Assembly: GCF_009914755.1 (NCBI RefSeq)
Contig: NC_060925.1
Strand: one strand, 5' to 3'
Origin: the human T2T-CHM13v2.0 reference genome, Homo sapiens
DNA: 64,000 nt
The notes under the pieces are model-generated. The model was not told the DNA's origin. It worked only from the letters and a program-made list of their open reading frames with translations, and did not search any database. A program made the position numbers and the translations under genes. Of the stretch, positions 38,078 to 55,819 are shown piece after piece (position 1 is the first letter of the stretch; each line of letters opens with the position of its first letter).

Positions 38078-38357
38078 CAGGGTCTCACTCCATTGCACAG
38101 GCTGGAGTGCAGTGGCACAATCTTGGCTCACTGCAACTTCTACCTCCTTGGTTCAAGCAATTCTCCTGCCTCAGCCTCCCTGAGTAGCTGGGATTACACG
38201 TGCGTGCCACCATGCTGGGCTAATTTTTGTACATTTTGGTAGAGATGGGGTTTCACCATGTTGGTGAGGGTGGTCTTGAACTCCTGACCTCAAGTGATGT
38301 GCCTACCTTGGCCTCCCAAAGTGCTGGGATTACATGCATGAGCCACTGTGCCCAGCC
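38078..38357 (-). mobile_element. AluS
   Basis: Antisense dimer. Confidence 0.9.
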
Positions 38358-39182
38358 AATATAGGCATTTATCATTACAAACTTGCCTCTTAGAGCTGCT
38401 TTTGCTGTTTCCGGAGGTTCCATTATGTTTGTTTTCATTCTTGTTTGTCTCAAGATATTTTAAATTTCCCTTTTGATTTGTTCTTTGACCCATCAGCTGT
38501 TCAAAAGCATGTTATTTAATTTCCATGTATATGTGAAATTTTCCAGTTTTCCTTCTGTAGATTTTTAGTTTCTTACTATTGTGCTCAGAAAAAATACTTG
38601 ATGTGATTTCAATCATCATAAATGTGTTCATGATCTACTTTTCATTCATATTTTAATTGATGTATAGTAGTTGTACATCTTTTGGGGGTATGTGTGATAA
38701 TTTGATAAATGTGTATAATGTGTAATGACCAAATCAGGGTAATTAGGATATCTATCACCTCAAACTTTTATCTTTTCTTTGTGTTACACACACTCCAATT
38801 ATTATAGCTATTTTTAAAAATATACAACAAATTATTGTTAACAGTAGTCTCCCTGCTACCCTATTGAATACTAGAACTTACTCCTTCAACCTAACTGTAT
38901 TTTTGTACCCATTAACCAACTTCTACCCTCTCCCCACTCTCATTCCCAGCCTCTGGTACACACTAATTTTTATATATGGAGTGACACACGAATCTGATTT
39001 TTTACTTATTTTTATACACATATAGATGTCATACCCATTTGTTAAAAGAAAATCCTCTACCATTTGTTGAAAGTATATACATTTTTAAATATTTTTCTTT
39101 TTCATGTTTGTCAAATATCTTTTTATCCATATATGCATTGGTTTATTTTTGGACTGTGTATTTTGTTCCTATTTTATCAATC

Positions 39183-39465
39183 TTTTTTTCTTTTCTTTTT
39201 TTTTTTTTTTTTTTTGAGACAGAGCCTCATTCTGTCACTCAGGCTGGAGTGAAGTGGTGTGATCACTTCCTGGGTTCAAGTGATTCTTGTGCCTCAGCCT
39301 CCCAAGTAGTTGGAATTACAGGAGTGCATCACCATGCCCGGCTAAGTTTTTGTGCTTTTAGTAGAGACGAGGTTTCACCATGTTGCCCAGGCTGGTCTCG
39401 AACTCCTGAGTTCAGGCAATCCACCCACCTCGGCCTCCCAAAGTGCTAGGATTACAGGTGTGAGA
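39183..39465 (-). mobile_element. Alu with internal deletion
   Basis: Antisense dimer. Confidence 0.88.
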
Positions 39466-40029
39466 TCATATCCCAACACCATTCTGTTTTGATTACTATA
39501 ACTTTATAATAGTTCTTTAAATCAGGTAGAGCTAGTCCTCCAAGTTTGTTCTTCATTTTAGTAGCATTTTGATTATGCTAGTTCATATTAATTTTGGAAT
39601 CAGCTGATCACTTTCTACCAAAGATGCTCGCTGAGATTTTGAGTGGAATTGCATTGAATTTATAGATCAGATTGGGGAAAAGTAACACCTCAACAATATT
39701 AAGTCTCTTGACCCATGAACAAAGAATTTCTCTCTAGTTTTTAGGTATTCATTATGTTCTCTGTGAAACATTTTATAATTTGCAGTCAGATTTATCCCTA
39801 TGCATTTTATACATTTGACACTATTGTAAGTGGTATTGCTTTTTACATTTCAATTGTGCATTGGAATTACATAAAATAGAATTGATTTTTGTATATTGAC
39901 GTTGTATCCTGCTAGAAACAAATGCTTTTCAGACTGAAGTTACATTTGGCAGTGACAATATCTTTCGGGGGGTGGGGGTCCTGCGTATTTACCAGGTGAA
40001 AAGAATCTTTTTCATTTTACTTGGAGCTT

Positions 40030-42180
40030 TATCATCAGCCCAAGGAAGAGGAACGTCCCAACCTATATTCAGTTTTCAGGCTGGGCAGAGTGTGTACCTT
40101 GTGGACCAATGCATGTGAAATGTTCTGTATGTTCATCAATAGGTTTTCCTTAAGAGTGCTCATGCAGTTGATGAGGCTTCCCATGTGCGTGTCTGTTTAT
40201 CTGCAATGTTATCCCTTATTTTAAAATTTAGTATTCAATAATGTATCCCAGCATTATGTAGTATCAGAGACTTTGGGATGGTCTTCAATGATATATCTAT
40301 CAAGTTATCATGAGTTTGTACCTGATCCTGACTAGTCTTATTTCTGATGTGATCTATTATAAAATGAGACCAAAAGCTTTAAAATAACTAATAATGTTGG
40401 GCTGAGGGGATTTCTTTGTGGGATACTCAGCCTTAGGAGACAGTAGATCCTATTACACATCTGAAGTAGGAGTCCACTCACTTCAGTATGTGAGCATCAG
40501 GACCCTGATTCTGCAGTAGTATCTGCAGTCCCTTGCACTATCAGCTTCATTCCCTCAAGGGAGAATGAATGGCCTTCAGTTTGTTATGTCACAATTGACA
40601 CGTGTAGCACATTTGAGTATCTCTTTAGTTATTGACCTAGGTTTACATCCAATCATGTTAAGCTTGCTCACCTGGGTGATTCACAAGGTCACATTCCCAG
40701 TGGGTCAGTTGACTGTCACAAAAAAACAAAAGCATTCATTTGTCATTATGTAAAACATGGCTCACAAACAGCTTTAAAGGTGTTTTCTCAAATGTTTATC
40801 TATAAAGTCTAGTTACTCAAATGAATTTATCTTCTACTCCAGTTTTTTATTTCTCCATGTTCTGCCTCTACGACAGAACCCAAGGGCCAGTATAAACATA
40901 GATTTAATTCTGCTGATTTATAACCAATCAACAGTTTCATTATTACATATGATTCTGTACACTGGGTTGTCAGCCTTCTTCCTTCTTTTACCTGTTCCTA
41001 TTGGATGTTAAGATGATATGGGCTGAAGGTGATGGCTCAAGCTTGTGATTCCAGCACTTTGGGAGGCTGAGGCAGGAGGATCACTGGAGTCTGGGAGTTT
41101 GAGATGAGCCTGGACAACACAGTGAGACCTCATCTTCTTTTTTAAAAAAGATGATGTAATGTTATTTGCCACTTTTATTAACATCCCTGGACTACAGTTC
41201 TACCATTTCTTTTTTTTGAAAGCATCTCTTATTATCATAAGATGTACTTAAATCTTCATATTTGTGAGCATCATTAATATTATTAATAGATAAAATCTAC
41301 AATGGTCAATTCTTTGGTTAGGTCAGAGACTAAAATCTGAAAATTAGAAATTCACTATTTCTTTCAGGCGTGTGTGTGCTGTTGTGCTAATCCCTCACCT
41401 CTCTCAGAAAAGTCATTGTAGGCCCAAGCCAATAAGTAAACAGTCTGTGAAAGAATGAATGCAAATCCTAGAATAAGTATGTAGTGCCCACTGAGTGGAG
41501 GAAAATTTTGCAAAAGTTGTTTTTCTACAGTTGTGCAACTTTCCTCTGAGCCAGCTCATCTGCTGCTTCAAAGGCCCCAAATAATTTTTTTCATCATCTT
41601 ATGGCCATTGTCATAAACTCCATTCTGCCCCTGCCTATGTCACCTACCATGCAATCTGTTTCACTGCATGGCCTTAGAGGCAGAGACATTTTTCCAGCTT
41701 TAAGTGCATTAAGGTTCTCCTGTTTCTGCAAGACAATGGAAGTTAGTGGTTCTCTCTGTTTTTTGGTATTTAAGTCCATCATCAGGGTCAGTTGGGAAAT
41801 ATGTTTTCTCCAGAAGCTGTTAGGTGCTGTTCAGTGCAATAATTTTTCAGTTCTTACACTATAATTGATCCCATCTATGCATTATAGTTCCTAAAATCAC
41901 TTTCTGAGAAGGCCCTTGATTACTTTTTTAAAATAGCCCAGCCAGCAGCATTATTATATCTTTCCTAGTTCTTAGAAGGAACATCCTCATGCTCCTTCTG
42001 GTGATGTTCCTACTAACAACATGTAATCTGTGAAATGGAACAGAGGGAGGAGACCCATGCCAAGATTCTGTGACACTCAGCTCTGACAGTTGGCAGGCAG
42101 ACACTCTCTGCAGAAGATTCTCCTGAGGCTGTTTGACCAGAATCCTTGGGAGGTTGAAAGCCCAGTCTTGACAGAACCAC
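40030..42180 (-). mobile_element. Very ancient non-L1 LINE relic (L4/RTE- or CR1-like) with RT motif
   Basis: Minus strand 40391-40427 translates SIPQRNPLSPTL, resembling RT motif GxPQGxxLSPxLF; LNALKAGK about 1.3 kb upstream; boundaries approximate. Confidence 0.45.
41021..41149 (+). mobile_element. FLAM / Alu monomer
   Basis: Left-monomer sequence; aagatgat on both flanks. Confidence 0.75.
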
Positions 42181-42189
42181 CATTCACAA

Positions 42190-42332
42190 GGCCAGGTGTG
42201 TGGCTCACGCTGTAATCCCAGCACTGTGGGAGGCCAAGGAGGGAAGAATGCCTGAGCCCAGGAGGTAAGACCAGCCTGGGGAACGTGGCAAGACATCATC
42301 TCGAAAAAAAAGAAAATAGAAAAAGAAAAAAA
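42190..42332 (+). mobile_element. FLAM-C / Alu monomer
   Basis: Monomer plus A-rich tail. Confidence 0.8.
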
Positions 42333-42963
42333 CCCCACCATTTATTATCATCTCCCATTTTATCAGAATAAGCCTGTGGGTGTTGGCTGTCAATTTTCTC
42401 ACTTACAGGCAACCCAAGCTGACCTGGGCACAGAAATCTTAAGCTCTTTTCAGGAAAGAATGCTCTACTCATCCTCTGTATCACTAGTTACGCAGTGTAA
42501 CCAGCACAGAGCTTTACTCACAAGGGCTCAGGAAATGCATTTGCTGAGCTCAACAAATTGACAATCCAACTTATTTTGATAAGCAGAGATTTTGTAGTTT
42601 AGAGAACTGAATAGGGTAAGCAGAGGAACAAAACAGAATGTTATTTTATTTTGTGTCTAAGAGTACAAAAATCATAATCACCAACCTCTTGGGAATCCCA
42701 AGGCAGAATTTTAGTCCCAGACCCCCCAACATCCTCACTACATACATGGAAGTTGCTTTACTCCTTTCTACCTTAGTTATTTGACCTATAATTAGAGGAT
42801 AAAATACAACATTCTAAAATCCTGGTAATATGGCCGATATATAATTTTATTTTTGATGTGGGTGAGAGTCTTGAAGTCTGGAAAGCATTTAACTTATTAA
42901 AAGACAGATCATCACTGATCATTATGGCAAGGACAAATTTAGAAGACTTATTAAACTTACCTC

Positions 42964-47680
<4,717 letters not shown>

Positions 47681-47853
47681 GGATTCATGTACCTCAGCCT
47701 CCCAAGTAGCTGTGACTACAGGCATGCACTACCATGCCTGGCTGATTTTTTACCTTGTTGACCAGACTGGTCTTGAACTCCTGACCTCAAGTGATCTGCC
47801 TGCCCAGCCTCCCAAATTGCTGGGACTACATGTGTGAGCCACCATACCTGGCC
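47681..47853 (-). mobile_element. Partial Alu fused to the L1 breakpoint
   Basis: gattcatgtacctcagcctcccaagtagc...cctggcc; tail and 3' part absent. Confidence 0.8.
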
Positions 47854-47946
47854 TGTTTCATTAGTTTCTACTCCTATCTTTACTATTTCATCCTCCTTTC
47901 TTTCTGTTTATTTTCCTGTTTAGTTTCCTGGGTTTGAAGTTTAGGT

Positions 47947-48156
47947 CATGGGTTGGCAAACTTTGGCCTGAGGGCCAAATCTGACCTGCCACCTATTTCT
48001 GTAAATTGAATTTAATTGTAACACAGCCACTTCCATTTGTTTTTGTATTGTCTATGGCTACAAGGGCAGAGTTGAGTAACTGCGAGAGATCACATGGCCT
48101 GCGGAGCCTAAAATATTTATTATCTGGACAGTAACAGAAAAAGGTTGCCAATCCCT
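47947..48156. mobile_element. MER58A-like hAT element
   Basis: TIRs gggttggcaaact / ggttgccaatccctg. Confidence 0.75.
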
Positions 48157-49344
48157 GTCTTAAATAATTGACTTTTTTTTTCTTTTCTAGTATATTAATT
48201 TAAAGTTTTAATTTCCCTCTAAGTTCTGCTTTCCCTACACTCAATAAATTTTGATATGTAATGTTTTCATTATTGTTTATTTCAAAATGTCCAGTTTCCA
48301 TTGTGATTTCTTCTTCACCCATCAGTTATGTAGAAATATATTGCTGAATTTACAAACATTTGGGGATTTTTCCAATTACCTTCCTGACGGTGAACTCCTG
48401 TTTTAATTGCACTGCCATCAGAATGTGCTTTGTATGATTTCTGTTCTTTCAAATAAATGGATTTTGAAGTTGTATTTTGTGTTCTATATATGTGTTCTAT
48501 AAGATCAATTAGTTAAATGTGTTATTCAAATGTTTTAGATTCCTATTAATTTTTTTGTCTGCTTGTCTTACTGGCTACTGAAAAAGGTATGTTTAAATCT
48601 CTAACCATGATTGTGGATTTCCCTATTACTCCTCTACGTTTGCCACTTTAGCATTATGTATTTTGAAGCTATATTATTATGTGCACATAAATTTAGGATT
48701 GACCCTTTTATTATTATAAGATGTCCTTCCTTATTGCTAGTAATAAGGAAGAAAGTCACTGCTTCAAGTTATGGGAGAACAAACAATGGGAGAGCAAACA
48801 ATGCAAGAAAAACAAAGAGAGAGAAGAAAAGTACATTGACATAAGAACTTCATTCACCCTGTTTTTTTTTCTTAGATATTTAACAAATTTCAGCTTAGGT
48901 GAATAGGGTCCAAGTTACAGGACAGATGGTAAATATTTTAGAAAGAAAACAAAGATGTTATTAAACTGAGGAGACAGCAAATTTCATAGCCTCTCCTATG
49001 AAGTATTTTTGCCCAGATTTTTTTACTAGAATCTGACCATGTCTTTAGAACTGTAGAAAATACAGGTGATGGAGGAACAAGTTAAACAATACCATTAAGA
49101 AACAATCAAACAAATCATGATTGTGGAATATTCTACAAGACAGTTGAGCTGGGTTCTTCAAAAAGTCATTGTTGTGGAAAAAACAGTGTTGGTGGTGGAC
49201 TGTTACTAGTCTTGATTAAGAGAATAAACATAGTAAGGGCAATGGGTAAATTTATTTGGATATTAGTTTGAAAAAATCTGTAAATGGCATTTTGGGGACA
49301 ATTGGGAAAATTTGAATATAGAATAAGTATTGATGGTATAGAGG

Positions 49345-49470
49345 TTATTTGTTTGTTTGTTTATTTATTTATTTATTTATTTATTTTTAAAGAGACAGGG
49401 CTTTGCTATGTTGCCCAGGCTGGCTTCAAACTCCGGAGCTCAAGTGATCCTCCTGCCTTAGCATCTCAAG
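49345..49470 (-). mobile_element. FLAM / Alu monomer with (TTTA)n tail
   Basis: Antisense monomer. Confidence 0.8.
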
Positions 49471-50184
49471 TAATAGAGAATTATTTTTAAATTTCTAAAA
49501 TATAATTATGGCATTGTGGTTATGTAAGCTAATCTCCTTGTTTTTAGGATATGTCCAAGTACTTTATGGTTAAGTGTCATCATATCTGTAACTTACTTTC
49601 AAATGGCTCAGATAGACACACACACATTTATATATATGTTTAAGTAGAATGGAGAGAGACAAAATGTAATTATGGCAAAATGTTAAATTTTATAGGTGGT
49701 GAATATATAAATGTTCATTGTGCCATCCTTTTTAGAGTTTACAGTTTTCATAATAAGTTGGGAGAAAATCAATGGGCAAAGTAAGTTCAACATTAGAAAA
49801 AAGTAAGAAAGTTTCCAATTTAATTACAAAACTATAAAAACTGGAGGGGATGTTACTAGTTTCTGATTAAAAAGCAAAAAGACGCATATAGCAATAGAAC
49901 ATTTTCCAAGAAATTCCGTGGCAAGTAAATATTTTCTAAATTTTCAAGGGATCTTCTCTACATTTTAAAGGAGTTATTTAATTTCTTGTAGGGGTGGGTG
50001 GGAGGGGGGAACAGAATGTTTAGACTAAAACAGTGAAAGACTTACTTTTCAATTGTCTATTGATTTCACTCTATTTAGCTACATCAATTTTGGGAATATA
50101 ATATAAAGATTAGAGAGAAAAATGCTAGCAAAATATAAAGATTAGAAAGAAAAATACTAGCTATTGTAATTTGAGAATTTAAGG

Positions 50185-51030
50185 TAGCCAGGTACTGTGC
50201 AATGTGCCAAACACATGGGGTTCGGGTGAGCAAACAGAGACCCTGCTGTTATAGAATTGATAGTCTAGTAGGGAAGACAGAAATTAATTAAACATTTATA
50301 CAAATATATAGTTATAAACTGCGATTATAGCTACAGAGGAAAAATAGGGTTCTCTGAGGGCCATTAATAGGGGAAATGAGGAAGTTCTGGAAAGAGTTTC
50401 TTAAAAAATATATGAACAGAGAAAAATACTGAACTGAGAGCTGAAGACTGAGGTGGAGTTAAATGAGCAAAGAACAGGGAATGACTTTCATGCAAAGGGG
50501 AAAGCATGTGTAATGAGCCTGAAGAAGGAAGAAGAATGGGACACTTTGAGAAACTGAAAAGTAGCTTGTATGGCTGGAGTACAGAAAGCAAGAGTGGTAC
50601 AGGTGAGTTGGGAGGAGGAAACAGAGGTCAGATGATACTGTCTTTAAGCATAATGGGAAATTACTGAAGAAGGAAAGTATCAGATTTGCATTGTTGGAAG
50701 TTTACTCTGGTTAAAGGATAGAGAAAAAAATGGAAAGAGGAGGGTAATCACAACAGTCTAGGCAAGAGATGATGGTAGTTTGGAGACAGAAGGTGTGGCA
50801 GTGGACATGAAGATAAGTGGATGGATTTGAGAGAAACTTGGAGAGTGAAACTGGTAGGTGATGGTTTAGATGTGTAAGATGAAGGAGAGGGAAATGTCAT
50901 GGATACATTCCAGGTTTTCAGTTTCAGAAGCTATATGAATGGTGCAGCCATTCCCTGAAAAGTGAAACATGGAATGAGAAACATATTTTTTTTTGTTTCT
51001 GAATTTGAGATGTTCTTAAGACATGAGAGG
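50185..51030 (-). mobile_element. L2 LINE remnant
   Basis: gccaggtactgtgc...tctagtagggaagacag...ctaggcaagagatgatggt, typical L2 motifs. Confidence 0.7.
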
Positions 51031-51539
51031 TTGAATGAAGGTATCTGTGTATGCCTAGAGAATTTTTAAAATTGTAACTCCACAATAATTATAAGTAGAT
51101 TTCACCATTAGTGGACTGACTTTGTTCCTAAAAGGAATGAAAATTAAATAGTGATGATCATCACATAGTTCCATGAGAGCCTCCGACTATAAAGTGTAAT
51201 TAACCAGAGATTTTCCCTTGGGGATCCTTGTGAAGTAATTTAATTAATTTTATTTTATTATCTGTTTTAGCAAGTTTTAGCTTACTATTTAAAAGAAAGC
51301 TAAAATATCAAATTAATTGGACTTTTCCCTTTCCTTGAATTCTCTAGCCATGATATGAGTCCCACAGCTAAATATGATCAGCTTATTTTCTTAAATTTAT
51401 AAAAGGAGTGGAGTGACAGGATTTTCCAGAGGCATGACTCCATATTTCATAAAGTTTCTTACTTCAGTGTGTTGTAAACTGTGTGGTTTATGAATCAGCA
51501 AAACCGCTCTTGGGGAATATTTTACAAACGAAATCTTGA

Positions 51540-51833
<294 letters not shown>

Positions 51834-54269
51834 CAGAAATGAAATCTTGAACCGTCATTATCTGGACACTTGTTTATAAACATGAAAATGTCTTGGCTTT
51901 TTCCTTAATTTGCAAAAGGTCTGTATGAAAAGATGCTATATCCATTTTCCCAAGAGGTAAACTTACAAATTAAATATTGAATTTTAAGTAAACAAGAAAC
52001 AGTTTATTAATTTATTGGTGAATTAAAATCTTCAACATTCATAAAATCTATTTATATTTCTCCAAATTTTAATGAACAGTCATAGAAATTTGCATTTAAG
52101 TGGATTAGAATGCAATTTATAATACAGAATATAACCTAAGTATATAATTAACCTAGTATTTCATATTAAACAGTTGGAATATTTTGAAGTTTTCCTGAAT
52201 TCTCTACTTTGTATTTTAAAAAGCTAACATTTTAGTGCTTTATGTGCATTTTAAATTTATTTTTATTTTTTCACCTCTCCTTGCCATATGCGAACATTTA
52301 AAATGTTTGAAAGCACTAATAGAAAACTCACGCATTTAAAACTATAATTCATAGCAAAACAGTCAAGTTTGGGCTCCTTTTCTTTCTCTAAAATAGACAA
52401 AACAAAATAGAAAGTCCTAAACAGAATTTCATGGCATCAGAATACCTCAGTCTCCTACCAGTGTTGTCAATGGAATAATGGTGACCTCTTATTCCTTTTC
52501 TGAGCACTCTTATTTAGAGATACAGACATTTTTAGCTACGCTTGCTTTTTTTTTTAATATTTAAACATTACACGAAATCACCAACGTGACCAAAGTAATT
52601 CAGAAAAATGTGTGAGCTCTTATACTTAAATCTGTGTTAAAAAAGACTGAGTTTTTCTTTTTTTCTCTATGTACTTTATACTTTACTTTCAAGCTCCGAT
52701 CTACTAGAACAAAGGCTGACTGGAACTTCCCTTTACAGTCTTAAACTTACATGAAGGATGAATAGTATTCTCATCCATCCCTACTTTTTTTGCCTCTATC
52801 TTTTCAATTTATGTTGAAAGAGACTAGGCCAAAGATATTTTAAGATGTCTATGTATAGCTACATTATAAAGATTAGATGGGTTCTAAAATTGTGATTTAA
52901 TAAATGTAACTATAATTATATAATTTATAATATACCAAACAACTAGTAATACATTAGATCAGTCCATTTTTCCAGTTTTTCAGGACACAGATATTTCTGC
53001 CATTTTATAAATTAAAGATTTTGAGTTACTTTAATATTTGGGGTTGTAACATACTTCTCAAGGTTATTAAAATGTAGTTAAAATCTGCTCTCACTGTAAA
53101 GTGTTAAAATTCAGAAGAATATTTGATACCATTTTTTCCCTCTTGTTAAATGCCATGTTTGAATTTGCTGTGAAATTAGAGAAATTTAATTTTCTCAGGT
53201 TGGGATAGGGTACTTAATAAATGATTAATGATGGGATTAAGTTGTTAAATTTTCTAAAAATTGAAATGAATATAAATGCACAATTAACATAAATTTGAGT
53301 AACCAAAGTCAATTTTTAGTTAGATTCTCCCTTTTTTTCTTAATAGGATTACTAGAAAGATTTGAAACTTAAATATAATCAACTCCTAAAGTTCACATAA
53401 ATGTGACTAATATAAAGCACATCTTGATAAATTAGTATGTGTTATCATGCCTCATAATTAACAAGGAATTAGAAATTAAATTTGTTTATACGAACTTCTA
53501 AAATATAGAGGAAAAATAAACGGCAACTGGATCCCTTAATAGCCCTATAGATAATAAAAATCAGAGATTGATTTAAAATAAATGCATACCAAAAAATACT
53601 TTGAATGCTTCAGATCTACTTTAAAGTATTTTGCTATTTATTTTTTCTCTTTATTTTAGAACAAAATTTATGAATAGAAATGTGGCATATAAATTGGAAC
53701 TGTTATGATGTGTGTTTCATATTTCTGGATTTGGAGACATGTTCTAATTTTAATCTGTATGTATCTTCCCTTTAGTTATTATTTATTTTTATTTTTCTTT
53801 TATTAATAGAGATAGAAGTATTTCTGCACCCAATCCAATTAACTGGAAAAAGGTCATATAAGAACATGAAAAGTCTAATCCCAGTATGGCCAAAATAGGT
53901 TTGCCAACATGGGCTAGGCCGGTAAGGAGGGAAGAGACAGGGACAGGGCAGAGGCTCCTCAGGAGGCCTTCCCTCTTTAGACCTCTTTTGGGGGTCGCCG
54001 GGGTCCTGACCCCCAGGTGCAGGTCGTCCTGGGAGGAAGGGTGGCACCAGAGTACTGGATGCTGGCATAAGAGCGAGTCTGAGCAGCTCACTCCATGCCA
54101 CATCTCCCGCAGCAGTGACTTCCGGCAGGAACTGAGTCTGTACCGCGAGAATCTTAAACACCCGCGAGTGCCCTTTCAAGCCTGCTGGGGAATGCGCTCC
54201 CTTTCCCCAAACGTCCCTTGGTTCCCCCGTCGACCTACCCGTCCGAGGGTCCTGGGTACCCAACGCCGC

Positions 54270-54326
54270 CACGTCTGGCACCTCAACTCACGTCTGGCAC
54301 CTCAACTCACATCTGGCGTCTCAACT
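54270..54326. repeat. 19-bp tandem repeat x3 (cacgtctggcacctcaact)
   Basis: Units 54270-54288 and 54289-54307 identical; 54308-54326 has 3 substitutions. Confidence 0.9.
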
Positions 54327-54573
54327 GTCGCGTGGCGCCTCGGCCAGAGGTCCCACAAGGTGGCGCAGCCTTTCCGTGGCGCCCAAGAGCCCGCAGGCGC
54401 GGGTGGCTTGGCCCGCGTGGGCTCCGAACTGCGGCGGCTCCGCTAGACAGTTGCAGAAGCTGGCGGACGGCCGGGACCCCCTGCCTTGCGCAGCCAGGCG
54501 TCGAGGAGGCGGCGGCGAGTGCTGCGGTGCTGGCTGGGTGGCCGAGTGGTCCCCGCAGCCTCTGGACCCAGCC

Positions 54574-54756
54574 ATGCTGCTCTGGATGCAGGGCTTCGTG
54601 CTGGAGGCGGTGGCCTGCCAGGATAACGATGACTACTTACGCTACGGGATCCTCTTCGAAGACCTGGATTGCAATGGGGACGGCGTGGTGGACATCATTG
54701 AGCTCCAGGAGGGGCTGAGAAACTGGAGCTCCGCGTTTGACCCCAACTCCGAGGAG
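54574..54756 (+). pseudogene. SLC25A24P1: Exon 1 of SLC25A24 (SCaMC-1/APC1) paralog, SCaMC-1-like unprocessed pseudogene; intron 1 extends past the window end
   Basis: gccATG; [61 protein letters not shown]|gtgaga. 61 codons, phase 0, colinear with SLC25A24 exon 1 as recalled (…[21 protein letters not shown]…AEE); EF-hand loop [12 protein letters not shown]. Confidence 0.85.
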
Positions 54757-54946
54757 GTGAGACCGGAAGGTGGCACAGGCAGCCTGGGGAGACGTTGGGC
54801 AGAGGGAGAAGCAAACCCTGCCCTTTCCAGAGCTGCTTTCAAAGGCCTTTGGAGTAAGGGTGGGGTTCTCCTCTGTGAGCCTCGTCACGCAGAATAATGC
54901 GACCCAACGAAACATGTTCTCAATCTTCTTAAAATAGCCACTTTCC

Positions 54947-55284
<338 letters not shown>

Positions 55285-55819
55285 TCAGGGGGCTTTTGGG
55301 GAGATGCTGTTTCTGGTGACTCGTTCAAAATTTATGGAACCAGCACACAACGTCAGGCGCCATGTTAGCCTTTGTGCAGAAGTAAAGGAACATCTCTTTT
55401 CTTAGGGGTTTCTCTGCCCAGGGCAGTGTGCTTCAGGGTCGTCTCCAAACGACAGGCACAGATAAGAGCCCCAGAGCTATTCTCTTTCTGACATCCACAC
55501 CAAGGTCTAGGGGAAGTCAGACTTTGATCCATGGGTGTACACTTCAGCTGATTGTTTTAGAACCTCATCTAAATTAGGAATACCTTCCTTCTCTAGGCCA
55601 GTCTTGACTTGATTATTTTTAAACTATTTAGATGGAAGTTTCAGAATATCAAGAGAAAAAAATTATTTTATTTATTTTCTGTCAATGCTTAGCAGTCTTC
55701 AGATATAACTCCTATTGAATTTTAGGAGTTAGGTCTGAAGACTGTAAAGCTCTTTATTGGTGAGATTTTTTTTTTTTTGGTTGTTGCTAGAAGTCCAAAC
55801 CATCTGGACTCCTCTTTAG

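Larger units (their letters stand above)
54100..54780 (+). promoter_or_regulatory. CpG island / promoter of SLC25A24P1
   Basis: Abrupt GC- and CpG-rich block with many CGCG/GGCG motifs within an AT-rich flank, spanning the ATG. Confidence 0.8.

Noticed and set aside
37869-38187. Pro/Ser- or Arg/Gly-rich ORFs
   Set aside because: Translation of a simple repeat plus Alu.
54270-54326. Short repeats as a CRISPR-like array
   Set aside because: Head-to-tail units without spacers, in a eukaryotic genome; an ordinary minisatellite.
53772-54718. Overlapping 166-186 aa ORFs in the CpG island
   Set aside because: Expected from GC-rich, stop-poor sequence; no recognisable homology apart from the SLC25A24-like frame starting at 54574.
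54574-54756. Identity as functional SLC25A24 exon 1
   Set aside because: The peptide differs substantially from SLC25A24 as recalled ([31 protein letters not shown]...).
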